Source: Microbotryum violaceum
Taxonomy: Eukaryota
Direction of reading: 5' to 3'
Assembly (NCBI GenBank): GCA_001244265.2
Contig: CDLV01000007.1
Span: forward strand, 1,116,001 to 1,180,000
DNA length: 64,000 nucleotides
The position numbers and the translations under genes were made by a program. Below are positions 29,621 through 42,430 of the stretch, piece by piece (positions within the stretch are counted from its first letter, which is position 1; each line of letters starts with the position of its first letter). The notes under the pieces were generated by a model. That model saw only the letters and a list, made by a program, of their open reading frames with translations, made no database searches and had not been told where the DNA came from.

Positions 29621-30124
29621 CAACAACAGCAACACCGCTAGCTCTGCTGTCATAGCACCTCCCCGCCCTCCCGATCCTCCCGGTAACACCGCCACTGCCA
29701 CCCACAACTGGAATACACAGCCAAAAAAGCCAGCAATTTCAAGCGATGCGGAATCAGAAGGGAGCCATTTAAGGCGCAAGGTAACTTTGCGAATAGTTAG
29801 TTGTGAAGGGGCTGGCAAAAATAATAACGATTTCAATCGATGCTAATTGAAATCAGAAGGGAGCCGTTCACGGTGTAAGGTAACTTTGGTCTTTGCAGAC
29901 CTACGGCGTTTTTCCATATGGGCTCCACGAGTTTCGCGCGCGCATGTGATAGAGAAGGGCATTTCTGTCCTCATGAAAAGAAGCGAGGGCATTTTCGTCC
30001 TTTCGCTATCTTTCGAGGGCATCTAAATAAGTGGACGTACTTGATGATCATGTAGGGGGGTTCGTCAAGCTTCAGTGTGATACATGGCATACTACACGAG
30101 ATACAGCGGATTGCCCCGCTACGT

Positions 30125-30299
30125 GGTAGATGCACCATCCTTAATTGGTAAACGCACCTTTCTTCCGGAGCAAACGCACCAAACTTGCGCGAAGAATGCA
30201 CCATTTGTAAGTGAACTTTGCACCTTACTACCTGGGTAGATGCGTCAAGCTTCGGGGGTAAACGCGCCCGCGTAATTGGTAATTGCACCATTTGCTCGC
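30125..30299. repeat. degenerate tandem array, 8 units, 22-bp period (12-bp core GGTA(A/G)A(C/T)GCACC plus about 10 variable bp)
   Basis: Cores start at 30125, 30147, 30169, 30191, 30213, 30235, 30257 and 30278. Confidence 0.8.
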
Positions 30300-31059
30300 G
30301 GCATTAACCCATCTATCAAATAAATAAATAAAACATCTTCCAAACAAAAAGAGAGCGCGCGGCAGCGCGCGTCACTCGCGCGGGCGACACGTGACATTTG
30401 CTTCATGTCATTAGCAAATTCAAAGTTAGGCCACGGCGGCCACTGTCACACTGTCTGTCAATAACTTTCCGCGATTGAGATGTCCCAATTCACCACTGTA
30501 CTACATTATGTTAAAATTGGCAACACATATAAGACGTTTATGAATGAAATTGTGTCGGTCCGCATTACACATTTGCCGCTCAGCCTATTACTAGCCGGTC
30601 AACCACCGTGAAATCCGCTTAGGATCAGATGTGTTGGCGCGTGGCGCGCGCGGTCTATGCTCCAAAGGTACAGCCTGAGGTGAACTGCTAATAACAGCTA
30701 GTCCCGCATATAACACTCCCGAAAACCCGTACGGGCTTGAAATTTACTCGACACGCTCCGGCTCACGTGCGATCCCGGACGCGCTAGGTCGCGCTCGTCT
30801 TGTCATCTTCTCCCCGCGCCTTGTGTCGTGGTCCCGTGGACTCGTGGCGTTCCTGACGAGTTCTACGAGACCAAAACCTGCCGAGCGTGAAGCGACGATT
30901 TGCACCTACTTCCGTAATCACGTCGCCACTTGCCGAGTTCGTCGACGTTGCGCTGAGGAACTTAACAACTGAGCTCGCATGATGGTCGGCCCGAGCTCGG
31001 GAAGGTTGACGCCCAGCAGTGGTATATCCCACTCTCGAGCAGGGTCAGCCAGTCGAGTC

Positions 31060-34000
31060 ATGACTCGCACAACTGACAATCCTACTTCGGTCAAAGTTGG
31101 TAAGCCGTGCAACCCGAGGCCTGTCGTGTAGTGGCTCCGAGTCGCACGCGCGCACTGACCTCCTGACGACTCCCTTCCGGGGCTCATCATCCCGTCAAAC
31201 GCACGTGCCTTCTATTTCGGACCTCAACCTGGGGCGGTTTGCCACTTCTCGCTTTGTTTGCCATCACCCTACGTCCTGTCGCCCAAAAGTCGTGCGCATT
31301 CGACCTCCGACGACGGAGCACGTCCGCATTTCAACACGCTTTCAGCGCACCGTCGTCGCTGCCCTCAATGCGACCACCCTGCAGCTGGAGAGCGCCACGT
31401 CTGGAGGATCAACCTCAAACGCCTTGACCAAAACGCCCAAATTGACTTTCACGTTCGACAGAGTGATCTCGCCCGAAGAAGGCCAATCGGAAGTTTTCGC
31501 TTGTGCCGAGCCGCTCGTCGAATCCTTCCTGACGGGGCTCAACGCCACAATTCTGGCCTACGGTCAAACCTCAAGCGGAAAAAGCTATACTATGGGAACA
31601 ACAGCGGCCCCAACCTCCGATGTAGAGGGCGAAGACCGCCTCGGTATCACGCCTCGCGCTGTCGCCCTCATCTTTGACCGAATGCGGGAGATCACGAACG
31701 CCTCGAAAGGGGCCACGACCTTTGACGCCAAACTGTCATACGTCGAAATCTACAACGAAGATCTTATCGATTTGCTTGCAGGTAACGCGGACGTGCGGCC
31801 CACTGTTCAAATACGTGAGGATAAACAGGGCAACATCTTTTGGTCTGGCCTGCGTGAGGTCAAAGTGACCAGCGCGCTGGAGGTGATGACGTACGTTTCC
31901 CGCAATGAGAGTGACGAATCGCGTGACGCCGCTGTATTGACCCGCCTATGACTATGGATCATTGTGAATTACAGTCACTTGACCGAGGGGTCAGCACTGC
32001 GACAGACGGGGGCTACCGACATGAACGCACAGGTTAGTCGTGGTCACGCAGTCGAGTGACTTTCCTTGGCCTCAGAGACTGAATCCTGGCGAAAAACACT
32101 TGTTCCCGCGTGCCTTCTTTTCCCTTTCCTCTTTCTTCTTTCGTAAAGTCGTCCCGATCGCACGCCATATTCTCCTTGACTCTGACGCAGCAGAAGTCGA
32201 CCGATGGCGGTCTTGTCGACGGCCCAATTTCTTCTGTTTCACGTGCATCGGCACGCGCAAGCTACTCTCCAAGAGTATCGAGCCCAGGTCCAGGTGCCAC
32301 TTCTCGCTCCGCAACACCCAGTCATGACCGACCTGGCAGTCGATTCGGTTTACGCCCGCCCAGTTTTATCGCACCGGTCCGAGCCGCAGGAGACCCGCTC
32401 TCGGATTCTTCCCCCGGCCTTTCCACATCTACCATTTCGCAGTGCACCACCATCACGTCGAAGTTCCACTTTGTCGACTTGGCCGGGAGCGAGCGTCTTA
32501 AGCGTACAGCTGCAGCGGGGGGTAGAGTCAAAGAAGGGATCTCGATCAATGCTGGATTGCTAGCGCTCGGAAACGTCATCTCGGCGCTCGGAGATCCTTC
32601 CAAGAAGTCGACACACGTCCCGTATCGGGACTCCAAACTCACGAGGCTGCTGCAAGACTCGTTAGGTGGCAACGCACATACGATGATGATTGCTTGCGTT
32701 TCTCCGACCGAACTGAACCTCAACGAATCGCTGTCCACGGTCAAGTATGCCAATCGGGCTCGCAACATTAAGAATCGCGCAGAGGTCCACGAAATTGAGG
32801 CTGGATGGGAGGATGTTGAGTATCTCCAACGCACCTTGATTAAATTGCGTGCAGAGCTCGCCCTGCTCAAGGCTGGAACCCCGCCTCCGATCGTGGATGC
32901 AGACGGCCGAACTCCGCCGATCAGCGATGGTCGAACTTCGCCAGCTAGTCCGTCGCCCGATGTTCAGGAGCTCCACAACAAGTTCACGGATCTTTCGCAC
33001 CGGTACGCGCAATTGCTGTCGGAACAAGTGCAGTTTCCGACGGTGAGCAGTGAGAGCGGCGCGCCTACGCAATCTATGCAAGACGAATTCTGTCGGGTCG
33101 TCGATCCGATTATTGAGGAGTACGAGCGCTCAATTTCCGCCATCGAAAGTCAGCTCGCGTTGACCCGGGCTGCGCTGAGCCATTCCGAAGACGAGCTGCG
33201 CGAATTAGAGATCCGAGTGGAAGCCGAATTTGCCACGAATCAGTTGAACGCAAAGAACATGGAGGAGCTCAAGGCAAGAATCGCCAGGTTTTGCGAGCGG
33301 GAGGCTACGACCGAGGCCTATGTTCGCGATCTGGAGTCGAAGCTGAAGGACTTTGGCGATCAGGACGCTTCTCGAGGATCGGCTGTTACGGATTTGCGCA
33401 AGGAGATTACCCGGCATCGAGAGCACGGCGTAACCCAAGAATTGTACATCAAGGACCTCGAGGTTCGTCTTGCCAAAGCCGAAGAAACGGGGGCGATTAT
33501 GAGGAACCGGATAGACGTTCTTGAACGTGACATCCAGCGGCATGAGGAAGCTTATCGAGAGCTCGAAACTCGCCTGAGCCTGCTCAACACTGCGGATGAC
33601 CAGAAAATGCTGCTGGCCGAGTTGGACACCAAAAACCTGCGCTTGATTGAGCTTGAACGCTCTGTCGACGACCTGAAGCGTCAAAACTCGGCGGCGGAGA
33701 CGGAGGTGGAGCGTCTGGTCAGACTCGCCGCCACCGAGACGGAGTCGCGCGCTGAGCTTCAGAGTCGAGTACGAAGCCTCGAGAGAGCCGCCACCTTATC
33801 AACTAATGGTCGGGACTCTGCACTCCGCGATTCGCTTCCCGAAGGGACCGTTTTGGACTCAATTTGCAAAAGCTCACTGGTCAACCGTGGATCCGCCTCA
33901 ACTGGGTCCGCCGACTTGCCGCGGGGTGTACTAGTCCCACTCTCCCAAAACGGCGACGAACTGGTGTCCCGTGGAACCGACTCCGGGGTCTTGGGTGATG

Positions 34001-37000
34001 ACTGCGAGGAGATAGTCCTGTCTCCGACATCCCCATCGCGGTCAGTTTCGAGTTCGCCGAATAAAAATCGTGGACCTCGCGCTCGTCGAAGCATGCCCCT
34101 CTCCCCCCAACACCGGCTGAGTTTTCTTGGACGAGGACAAGGACCCCATCTGCCTATAGCAACGCATTCGCGTTCGGCGTCGTTTTCATTTCCGGAGCAG
34201 TCCTCGCCCATACCATCACAAGCCTCCTTACCCCCGAAAGCCCGCTCGCCATCACCGTCAGATGGGCGCTCTCCCTCTGCCGCTTCGCGCGATAGTCCCT
34301 TTGGCGTCCCTTTCAGTCCGACCCATGGAACTCTATCGACTTTCACGAACGAGCGCACCTATGAGCAAATGGAGACGGAGATCAGGAGGCTACAACAAGC
34401 CTTAACCGAGCGCGAACGGGAGACGATTGCACAAGAAGTCACCTTGCTGCGTTCGCGTGGCGATTGTTCCGAAAGCTCGACCTCCGACGATACCTCCAGA
34501 TTTGGGGTTGTTGTGTCGAACTCCAGGCACAGCGTCACGGGGTGCTCAACTTCGCCCAATGAAGAGCCGCCAGCCAGTGACAACAAACTCGTCGGCGATG
34601 CCGACACGGCGGCCGAGCGACTGGACCATTTGATGCGGTCCATGGCCCAAAAAGAATCCCTTCATCGAGCCGTAGTCGATCAACTGCAGGATAGCCTCAC
34701 AAGTCTGCAGCGACGATTTGACGAACTGAGTGTGCTTTCGCGCGATCAAGTCACCAATATGTCTCGAGAGATTAGTCGATTACGCGCACAAATTGGGTCC
34801 AACGCCACGATTGCGTCCGAATCGCTCGACCGGTCGGATCAAGGAGGGTTGACCGATGACCCTATCGAGGGGCGAGGAATCTGCGACGATCATGTGTTCT
34901 CAGGTGAGACCTGCAAGGACGAAGTTTTTTTGGGTATTGTGTTGACATTTCTTTCAATCTCCAAATGCGCATAGGTACGCGGCATGTTTCGGACCAGTCG
35001 GAGTCGATCGAGGTTGAACCATCGCGAGATCTCGACAATTTCGGAGAGGCGCACAATTTCCGCGATGAAGAGGACGACGAAACGGATCATGTTGAGACCG
35101 AATGCGCCTCGTCGGAGAACACACTAGCTTTCGAGCTCGCTAAAGCAACAAATCGCGAACTCTCAACCCTCGCCGAGGCAGGCCAGTCTCGGGATTTGAG
35201 CACAATACACTCACACACAGTGCTCGATCAATGCCCCAGCGCTCCTCCACAGAGTGAGCATCTAGTCCAGAGTGCAAACACTTCGACTGAACCCGAAACA
35301 ACAGCGTCGCAAGACGACCTTAAGGCCCTGCACGCGCTCGAGCTGAAGCAACGCGAAGCAGAGCATTCGGACGAGTTAGCCCGGCTCGAAGCAACCCATC
35401 AAAGTGCGCTAGGCGAAAGGGATAGGGCTCATGCCGACGTCGTCGCAAAATTGGAACTTCAGCGAGCACAAGACCTTGAAATGGCGGCGACGCTGCACTC
35501 GTCCGCTACGAGTGTCCTCGAGAAGGTGAACGAGACACAAAGTTCACGAACGGAAGAATCGCATGCTGTCGCTGTACGAGCTCTTACGGAATCCCAGGAG
35601 GCAGTGCTCGACGCGTCGCGAGAAGCGGCTTCAGTACGTCTCGCTCAACTTTCTGCACAGCACGAGGCTGCGCTATTGTCGAAGGATAACGCCCATCAAG
35701 CGGCGATCAAGATGACAGAGGCGGAGCAGATGAGGCTGATCAATGACCTCAATAAAGTGAGTGCCGCAACCGTGGTCACCTCTAAAAAACTGCAAATGCG
35801 GTTGACTTACGATCTGTTTCCGAAATCAACAGTCGCACATTCAAGAACTCCACTCACTCAGCGACACCCTGCTGAGCTCACACCAGGAAGAGTTACGCAG
35901 AATAGATGCCGCGCATCTAGAGTCCGTTGCCTTGTTGGAGAAGCAGCATCGGGACAACACCACTGCGCTGCAAACAACGCATGAGCAGGCTGTCTGCTCG
36001 ATGCGGAAAGAGCACGAACAAGCTCTCGATCTTCTACGCACCGAGTCGGAGAAGGAGATTGCCTCTCTACGAGCTGCACACGAAAACGAGACGGCCAGCA
36101 TGCGGGACACTTTCGGGGACGAGCTGGCTTCACTACGCTCGGTCCACGAAGTAGCCGTCTCATCGATGCGCGCCGACCACGCCAAACACACCGAAGTTCT
36201 GCAGGCTACCCACGATCGGGAGGTGGCGTTGTCCAGGGCGATGCACGAGCAAGAGCTAGCGCAGAAGTCCTCGGAAGCTGCCGCGATTTGCGAGAAGATC
36301 CGGACCACCAGCCTTGCAAAAATCGACTTGGCTACGAAAGAACGGGACGAAACGCAATCCAAATACCTCGAATTGGAAAAATCATACGCGCTGCTTGAGG
36401 GCAACCTCGCGGATGCGCAGAAGTCGTTAACGAGGATGCAAACTGACCACAGTTGCTCGACATCCGCGCTCAATCAAGAACTGGTGGATGCCCGACTGCT
36501 CGCCGATCGGCTTGCGGCAGAGGCAGACGCCCTTCGTCAAGAGCGGGTTCTGGAGCAGTCCCAAAGTAAAGGACCGGCCACTTCCTCGGTCGACGCTCAG
36601 GGTGCTGCCGACCAGGGCAATTCGACAGGTCGGACTCAAGATCTCACCATGCCGCCCCCGTCTTTGCCGATAGGTTCGCAAGCGCCTAATCGTTCGGGGA
36701 GCATTTCCAGTGCGAACCATGCGCCGATCAGTCCTCATGAATCGGTGGCGAGCGCGACGGCTGGCCCTCCCCCGACAAAGACGATCGACTCGAGCCTCGT
36801 AGTGCAAAGAGTGGACGAGCTTGAGGCTCAGGTTTCCAAGCTTGTGAAGCAGCTCACGCACTGCGAGGGGGACCTGCAAGCCAACATCGACCTCGTGAAT
36901 ACACTCGAGTCGGCCCTGAGCGACAGCGAACGAAATCTCCGCAAAGCTCGCGTGCAGATGAACGACTTGGCCAAGGAGCGCGACAATTACCTAAGCCAGA

Positions 37001-37265
37001 ACGAGGCCATCCGTCGAGAACTACAAGATTCGCATAACGAGACGGAGAACGTCCGAAATTCCGTGTAAGTTATTGTCAACAGAGGTCGAGCGGGTCGATT
37101 GGTGGGCTGATGGGCAATTAGCCATTGGGTTTGCATTACCGCAGTATGGAGGTCGAATCCCAGCTCCAAGCTGAGCGGTACAATCGGGAGCGGGCGAAAC
37201 AGGAATTGGAACGCCGCCTGGAAGACGTCAACCGCAAAGGCAAGAACAAGTTCGCTTGTTTTTAG
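31060..37265 (+). CDS. kinesin-4/KIF21-like motor with a long coiled-coil tail
   Basis: SVKV|VVRIRP, FTFDRV, P-loop [46 protein letters not shown], extensive coiled coil, C-terminus KNKFACF*. Confidence 0.92.
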
Positions 37266-39798
37266 GCCCAAGATTGCGAGGCTCGCTGTCGACTCCCTCG
37301 CGCGCAACTTCGCCATCGATATCCATTGTAGGGCTCTTATCAGTAGGTATGAATAGTCTCTGTTCAAGCAGATAGCATTTCGCAACGTGATCAAACTGGT
37401 GACTTTCCGTTGACTTAAAAGGTTCTGCGTTGCTGCTTCGAGAAGCGGCATTGGCTCCGAAAGCGGCAAGCCTCTACCTGAAGCCTTGGATATGAATTTG
37501 CATCAAGTGCCGCCGAAGATTGGGCGTCCGCATGTGACGAAAGGCTATGCCTCCGCAAGGCGAAATTATTGGTATCTAACGGCTCGAAGTGAAACTGTCG
37601 AAGGGCGACGTCGTGCGCAGCGATCGTCTATCGATTACATGAATGGCAAGGTCAACTGGCTCGCTATCGACTGACTCGCTGGGAGTTGATGAGTTAGTTA
37701 TTACTTGACTAGGCTACCGCTGGCTTTCTTTCATGCACCAACGTCGCAGACGCTGCCTTGTGTACTTCAGATGTCGAGCTTTCGGTTCGTCCACTCCCTC
37801 CCCCCCCCCCCCCTCTCCCCCCCCTACCCACGATTCAGTTACGGACAAATTTCGCACCCTCAGGTATTCGGAGACTTTCACCATCACCTCTCCGCATCTC
37901 AGGGATTCTGTCACCGTTTTCCCTAATAATTGGTTCGAAAAAGGCAGCCAGACATCGAGTCCTTGTAAGCGCCCTGATGTATCTGTGCTCTCACAATATT
38001 TTAAGTGACCTATACGCAGTGTATCCGCCAGCATGACGGCCTGGCCATGGGGCCAAGTCATGACTCCAGCAAGCGCCGAGCGTCACGTACGGTGAGTACG
38101 GTGAGGACTCCAAATTCGGCGTAAGCGAGACTTGTTCGAAGGATACGCCTGAATCCAAGACCACTAACAGAATCAACGCGAAAGCGAATCCGAGAACCGT
38201 CGATCGAAAGCGACTGGACGGCGGCAATGGCTGTATCTTACTACCCTATCGCGACAATGAGGTCGGCTCCGGCTTTAGTCTGAGGTTAGATCTTGAATTG
38301 AGCACGCTAATAAAAGAAAATAATATCATCTATCATAAGAAGAGCCGAAGACTGTGAGTGGACGTTGCATCACTAACATCGACATCAGACATTAAATGTC
38401 TCAATTCACTGACCCCTGACTCCTTAGCTTCTTCGTTTGTAGGTGTGAGTTGAGCTCAGAATTTCGTCGCGTCTCGAGGTTGAGATTTGGCCGACTCAGC
38501 CTCGGCGACACTGTTTCTTCTTTTTGCCAATTCTTAGATCTCCGTCACGTCTTTCGGAGAAGACGAGCAGGAGGAGAAAGACTCGACCTTCTTCGAGACA
38601 AGCTACACTGTTGGCTTCAATCTCACCGACTCAGGGATGCAGTCGTCTCGACTTGCGATAGATAGTCCGGACTTCATTTGCCACGTGTTTCCGTGCGGGC
38701 ACATATGGGTTGCCGCGCGTGTCACATGTCACTCGCCGGAACGTGGCACTAGCGAGCAGGCTCCTCTCGCATCTTAAGCATCGTCTCCTGTGTCTGAAGT
38801 CTCGCCCTCGCTGCCGCCGTCGGCATTCAATCGTCGCTCCCTCCACCCCTTCGAGCGATAGCCAGCGACACTGCCGAGCTCGAAGACCGCGTCCAATTCT
38901 ACCGACGGCTCGATGATGATTCTACACACAAAGTTACTTCGGATTTGGCAAGAGTTGAAGGCTGATGAATGCGACCCTCTCACGCGGCTGCCCGGACGCC
39001 CGGGTCCGGCCCGATGGCCGATCGAGTGTTGGGGCAGGCAAGTCAGTGACGTAGGGGTATTCTACTTGCGGGCCTAAGCAGGTTTTTATGAGGATGGGAC
39101 GAATAGGAGATTTGAGGCCAATTTTGTAAAGTAGTACATTCGGGCATCCTACCCCGCCCCCGTATTTATTCCTAACCGGTTAAAAGCAGTACCACAATTC
39201 GGAAAAGATATCTTGGTTGGGCCTTGTTGAAAGTTGGGGTGAGCGCATATCGGGCAATGGAATCGTTGCATGGCCGTGCGGGGTCGATCTACAAGGTGAT
39301 CTCGCAATTACGCGTTTCAGAGGCACCGAGTCGCTCGGAGGAAACTCTCAGGCTGAGGGTGATTATAACGTGTGAAAGAGTTCGGGACTGAGGGCGTGGA
39401 GGCTTGAGCCTGCCAGCCTCAAACTGATGGGGATGGACGGGGGTGGCGGTGAATGAGAACGAGAATTGGGAATCAAGTAGTCTACAACAAGAGACGACCA
39501 CCGGCGCCTGAACATGAGCTGAGGATGAAAAGCTGACAGCTCGGCGCCGCATATTAATCACGCCCCTTGTACTAGCCCGCGGCTACAGCGCTGAGCGCTA
39601 TAAGCAGCTAGTGCCAACGGGCCACGATCGAAAGCGGATCCGATCCCTCACTGCCCCTCGTGCCGAACCGGTGGCTGTCGTGTGAACGATCGATCTAATC
39701 ATCACCACCACGAATTTTTGCGCCCCTCCCGTACGCCTCAGAGTTCTGCAGGCACTGGCCCTACGCCGTCAACGATCCGGAACGGAGGCACGCTGACC

Positions 39799-41802
39799 AT
39801 GCAGTCGTCCGCGCCTAAATCGACATCGTCGTCAATGTATTCGCTCGCATACCCACAATACGTGGCCCAGCAATCGTCTTCAGTGACTGTTCCATTTGAT
39901 ACGGCAAGAGGTAAGTCCACTCGATGGCTCATGCCGCCGGACTGGGTGTCCGTCGCCTGCAGTCGTGCGGTCGGACCGATCGCCCTCTGAAACCGCCCGG
40001 GCCCGCCCAGGTATCGGTGCCACTGCAAGACGGCCCTCAGCAGCAGGACGACCCCCGATCAGCCCGATCAGAGCCTGGACCTTGTTGCAGTCGTGCACGT
40101 ACGAGCTCCGATGGCTTCGGCACTGACAGACCCTCATCTCCTACTCTCGGCGCCATCAATACCCATCTACAGATTCCAGTGCGGGTCCGAATCGCAGCTC
40201 GATGGTGCCGCTGCACCCGCACCATGGCTCCATCAGCGGCGGTGGAAGCAATGTTCTGGCGGCCTCAGTCTCTTCCAATCTATCCCTTTCTAGAAGCGCA
40301 AACGTTTCAGGCCCATACGCACGACCTGCCGAGCCGATGCCGATCCAGAGTGCAGCGCTCGAGGCGCCGACAACGCATTCAGTCAAGGCCAGCAGCACCA
40401 CATCCGAGTTCACAAAGCGCAAAAATTGGTCGCAGCACATTATCGACGAGATCCAGGTATGCTTTGTTTTTGTTTTTGGATTGTTGGATTCTCCCACCTC
40501 CGAGGATGTCCTCGATCGAAATCTGATCGCGCCGTCCGTATTCGATGCCCTGGCGCGGATCCCCTTTCCCACCCCATCTTTGTTCCTCGAACCCACCACA
40601 GGACTTCATGCACGTTCTGAACCCAGCGGGGAGCTTTATGTTTGCGACGCCATCGATTCTCGATCTTTGCGGGTGGTCGCCCGACGAGCTGATGAATCGG
40701 CCTGTCGCCGACTTCCTCCATCCCGATGACGTCGAAGCATATCAACGGGACTTTTACCAAGCTCTCGAAGAAGGCAAGGAGTTGACCCTTTATTGCCGCT
40801 TTCGCACCAAAGATGAGCGATATGTGCTGTTCGAGATGACTGGCCATCCTTACTATGCCGACCTCAAAGGCGCGCAGACGCCAAAGTGTTTTTTCGCCAT
40901 GGGGCGACCATACCCGAGCAAGAACCAGGCAATGCTCGACTCGTTCCTGGAGCTCAAGTTTGAGAACGAGCGTTTGAGACAAGAACTACAAGTGATGTAT
41001 CGAGACATTGAAGGTGGGCCAGCATCGACCGCAGGTGAGTTGTGTTCAGCACTCGCCGAACACATGTTTCATGACCAAGCTTGTGTTGACCGCCTTACCC
41101 TCACATGGTCTGGTTCACCAGGTGATCGGCCAGCCGGTTACAATGTTTACGGCACCAAAGCTACGACAAGACCGAAGGGTCCCAGCAGTGTGATCGATCC
41201 AACGACCGGACTGGTCCAAGCTGGCGGACTCATCCCCTCCTCGTCGAACACGTATGGGGCTCTAGGGATCGGCATCAGCGCGAACGGGACGAAGGGAGAT
41301 GGGGCCCATGGGGAGAAGAAGAAAAAGGTCAGCTTGAGGCGCTGCTGATTTTTCATGCATGCGTTCACCTGGACCGTCCTGACTCGTCAATCACCTACCT
41401 ACCTTCTTTGCATTTCCGTGCGCCATGGGCCTTTTCGCGACCAGAAGCCAAGAGTCGAGGAGGGCGAATTCGTATGCCGTGACTGTGGAACAGTCGACTC
41501 TCCGGAATGGCGAAAGGTATGTCCCACAAATGTCATCCCGCAAGTGTAACACGCCTTGCGAGGAACACGAGCTGACAAGAGCCATCTCATTGGCCGAGCA
41601 GGGTCCCGACGGACCGAAATCATTGTGCAACGCATGCGGTGAGCAAATTGGCTTATGTCGGGTCGCCCACGATTCTTGGAAAACTCAGGTTTTGCTGAAC
41701 CCGCACCATTGTACTTGGACAGGTCTTCGATATGCGAAGGCGAGCTCCAAGGCCAATAAAGAGAGCAAAGCCGAGAAGGCCAAACCGGACAAGGGCAAGT
41801 GA
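39799..41802 (+). CDS. wc-2: White collar-2-like PAS + GATA zinc-finger transcription factor (start approximate)
   Basis: EFTKRKNWSQHII, a PAS domain (ADFLHPDD), RPYPSKNQAMLDSFLELKFENERL, and a spliced GATA finger CRDCGTVDSPEWRK|GPDGPKSLCNAC|GLRYAK. Confidence 0.9.
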
Positions 41803-42430
41803 CCGTCGAGGCAACGAGGCGTACAGCAACATCTGTCTTTTACTTTCTTTTCTTCTCATTTTCCCTACTTTATTGTTGCCTCCATTTCTTTTCTCACCTG
41901 CTTTCATGATGTATCCTATCGCGCGATGACATGATCTCTCGAAAAATCGAGCTTCGCTGTCGATCCACCGAAGGGTGAGCTTTCGTTTCCGTCGGGCGTG
42001 CAAGCACGGAGCAAATCGCGACACCCCTAGGGCATTCGGAGCATTCACTTTCCTACCCTATTTCCATGACTGATCACTAGTAGCAGCTGGAAAGGCGCTG
42101 CAGATCATATCGGCCCGTTTTCGGGCCAACTTGGTGCTTCGATTACTGCCATCAGTCGCTGAGGCAAGGTAATACAGGAAGGCTCTCATCACTGTCATTG
42201 GATGAGTGGCCAAAGGCGTCCGAGGCTTTCGAAAGGGTCATCTCTGCCGTGTAATAGAACTGCTGTGACTTCAATTATCATTATCATTTTCGAAGTAAGC
42301 CCTTCGCGCTGCGGGGCCTTGCAGGAGCGTGCGGGAGCTTGCGGGGCGCGGTGGAACCTTGCGGCGCTGACGATGCCGCGCTGCGCACACCTCCTCATAA
42401 CTGCCCCATCGCCAGATCCTGATCGCCTGC

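Noticed and set aside
30125-30299. CRISPR array
   Set aside because: The 12-bp degenerate repeats and 10-bp spacers are far too short, there are no cas genes, and the context is eukaryotic.
37714-38983. Short minus-strand ORFs between the kinesin and wc-2
   Set aside because: They have non-ATG starts, frequent stops and no identifiable domain, so I cannot support a gene or pseudogene call.
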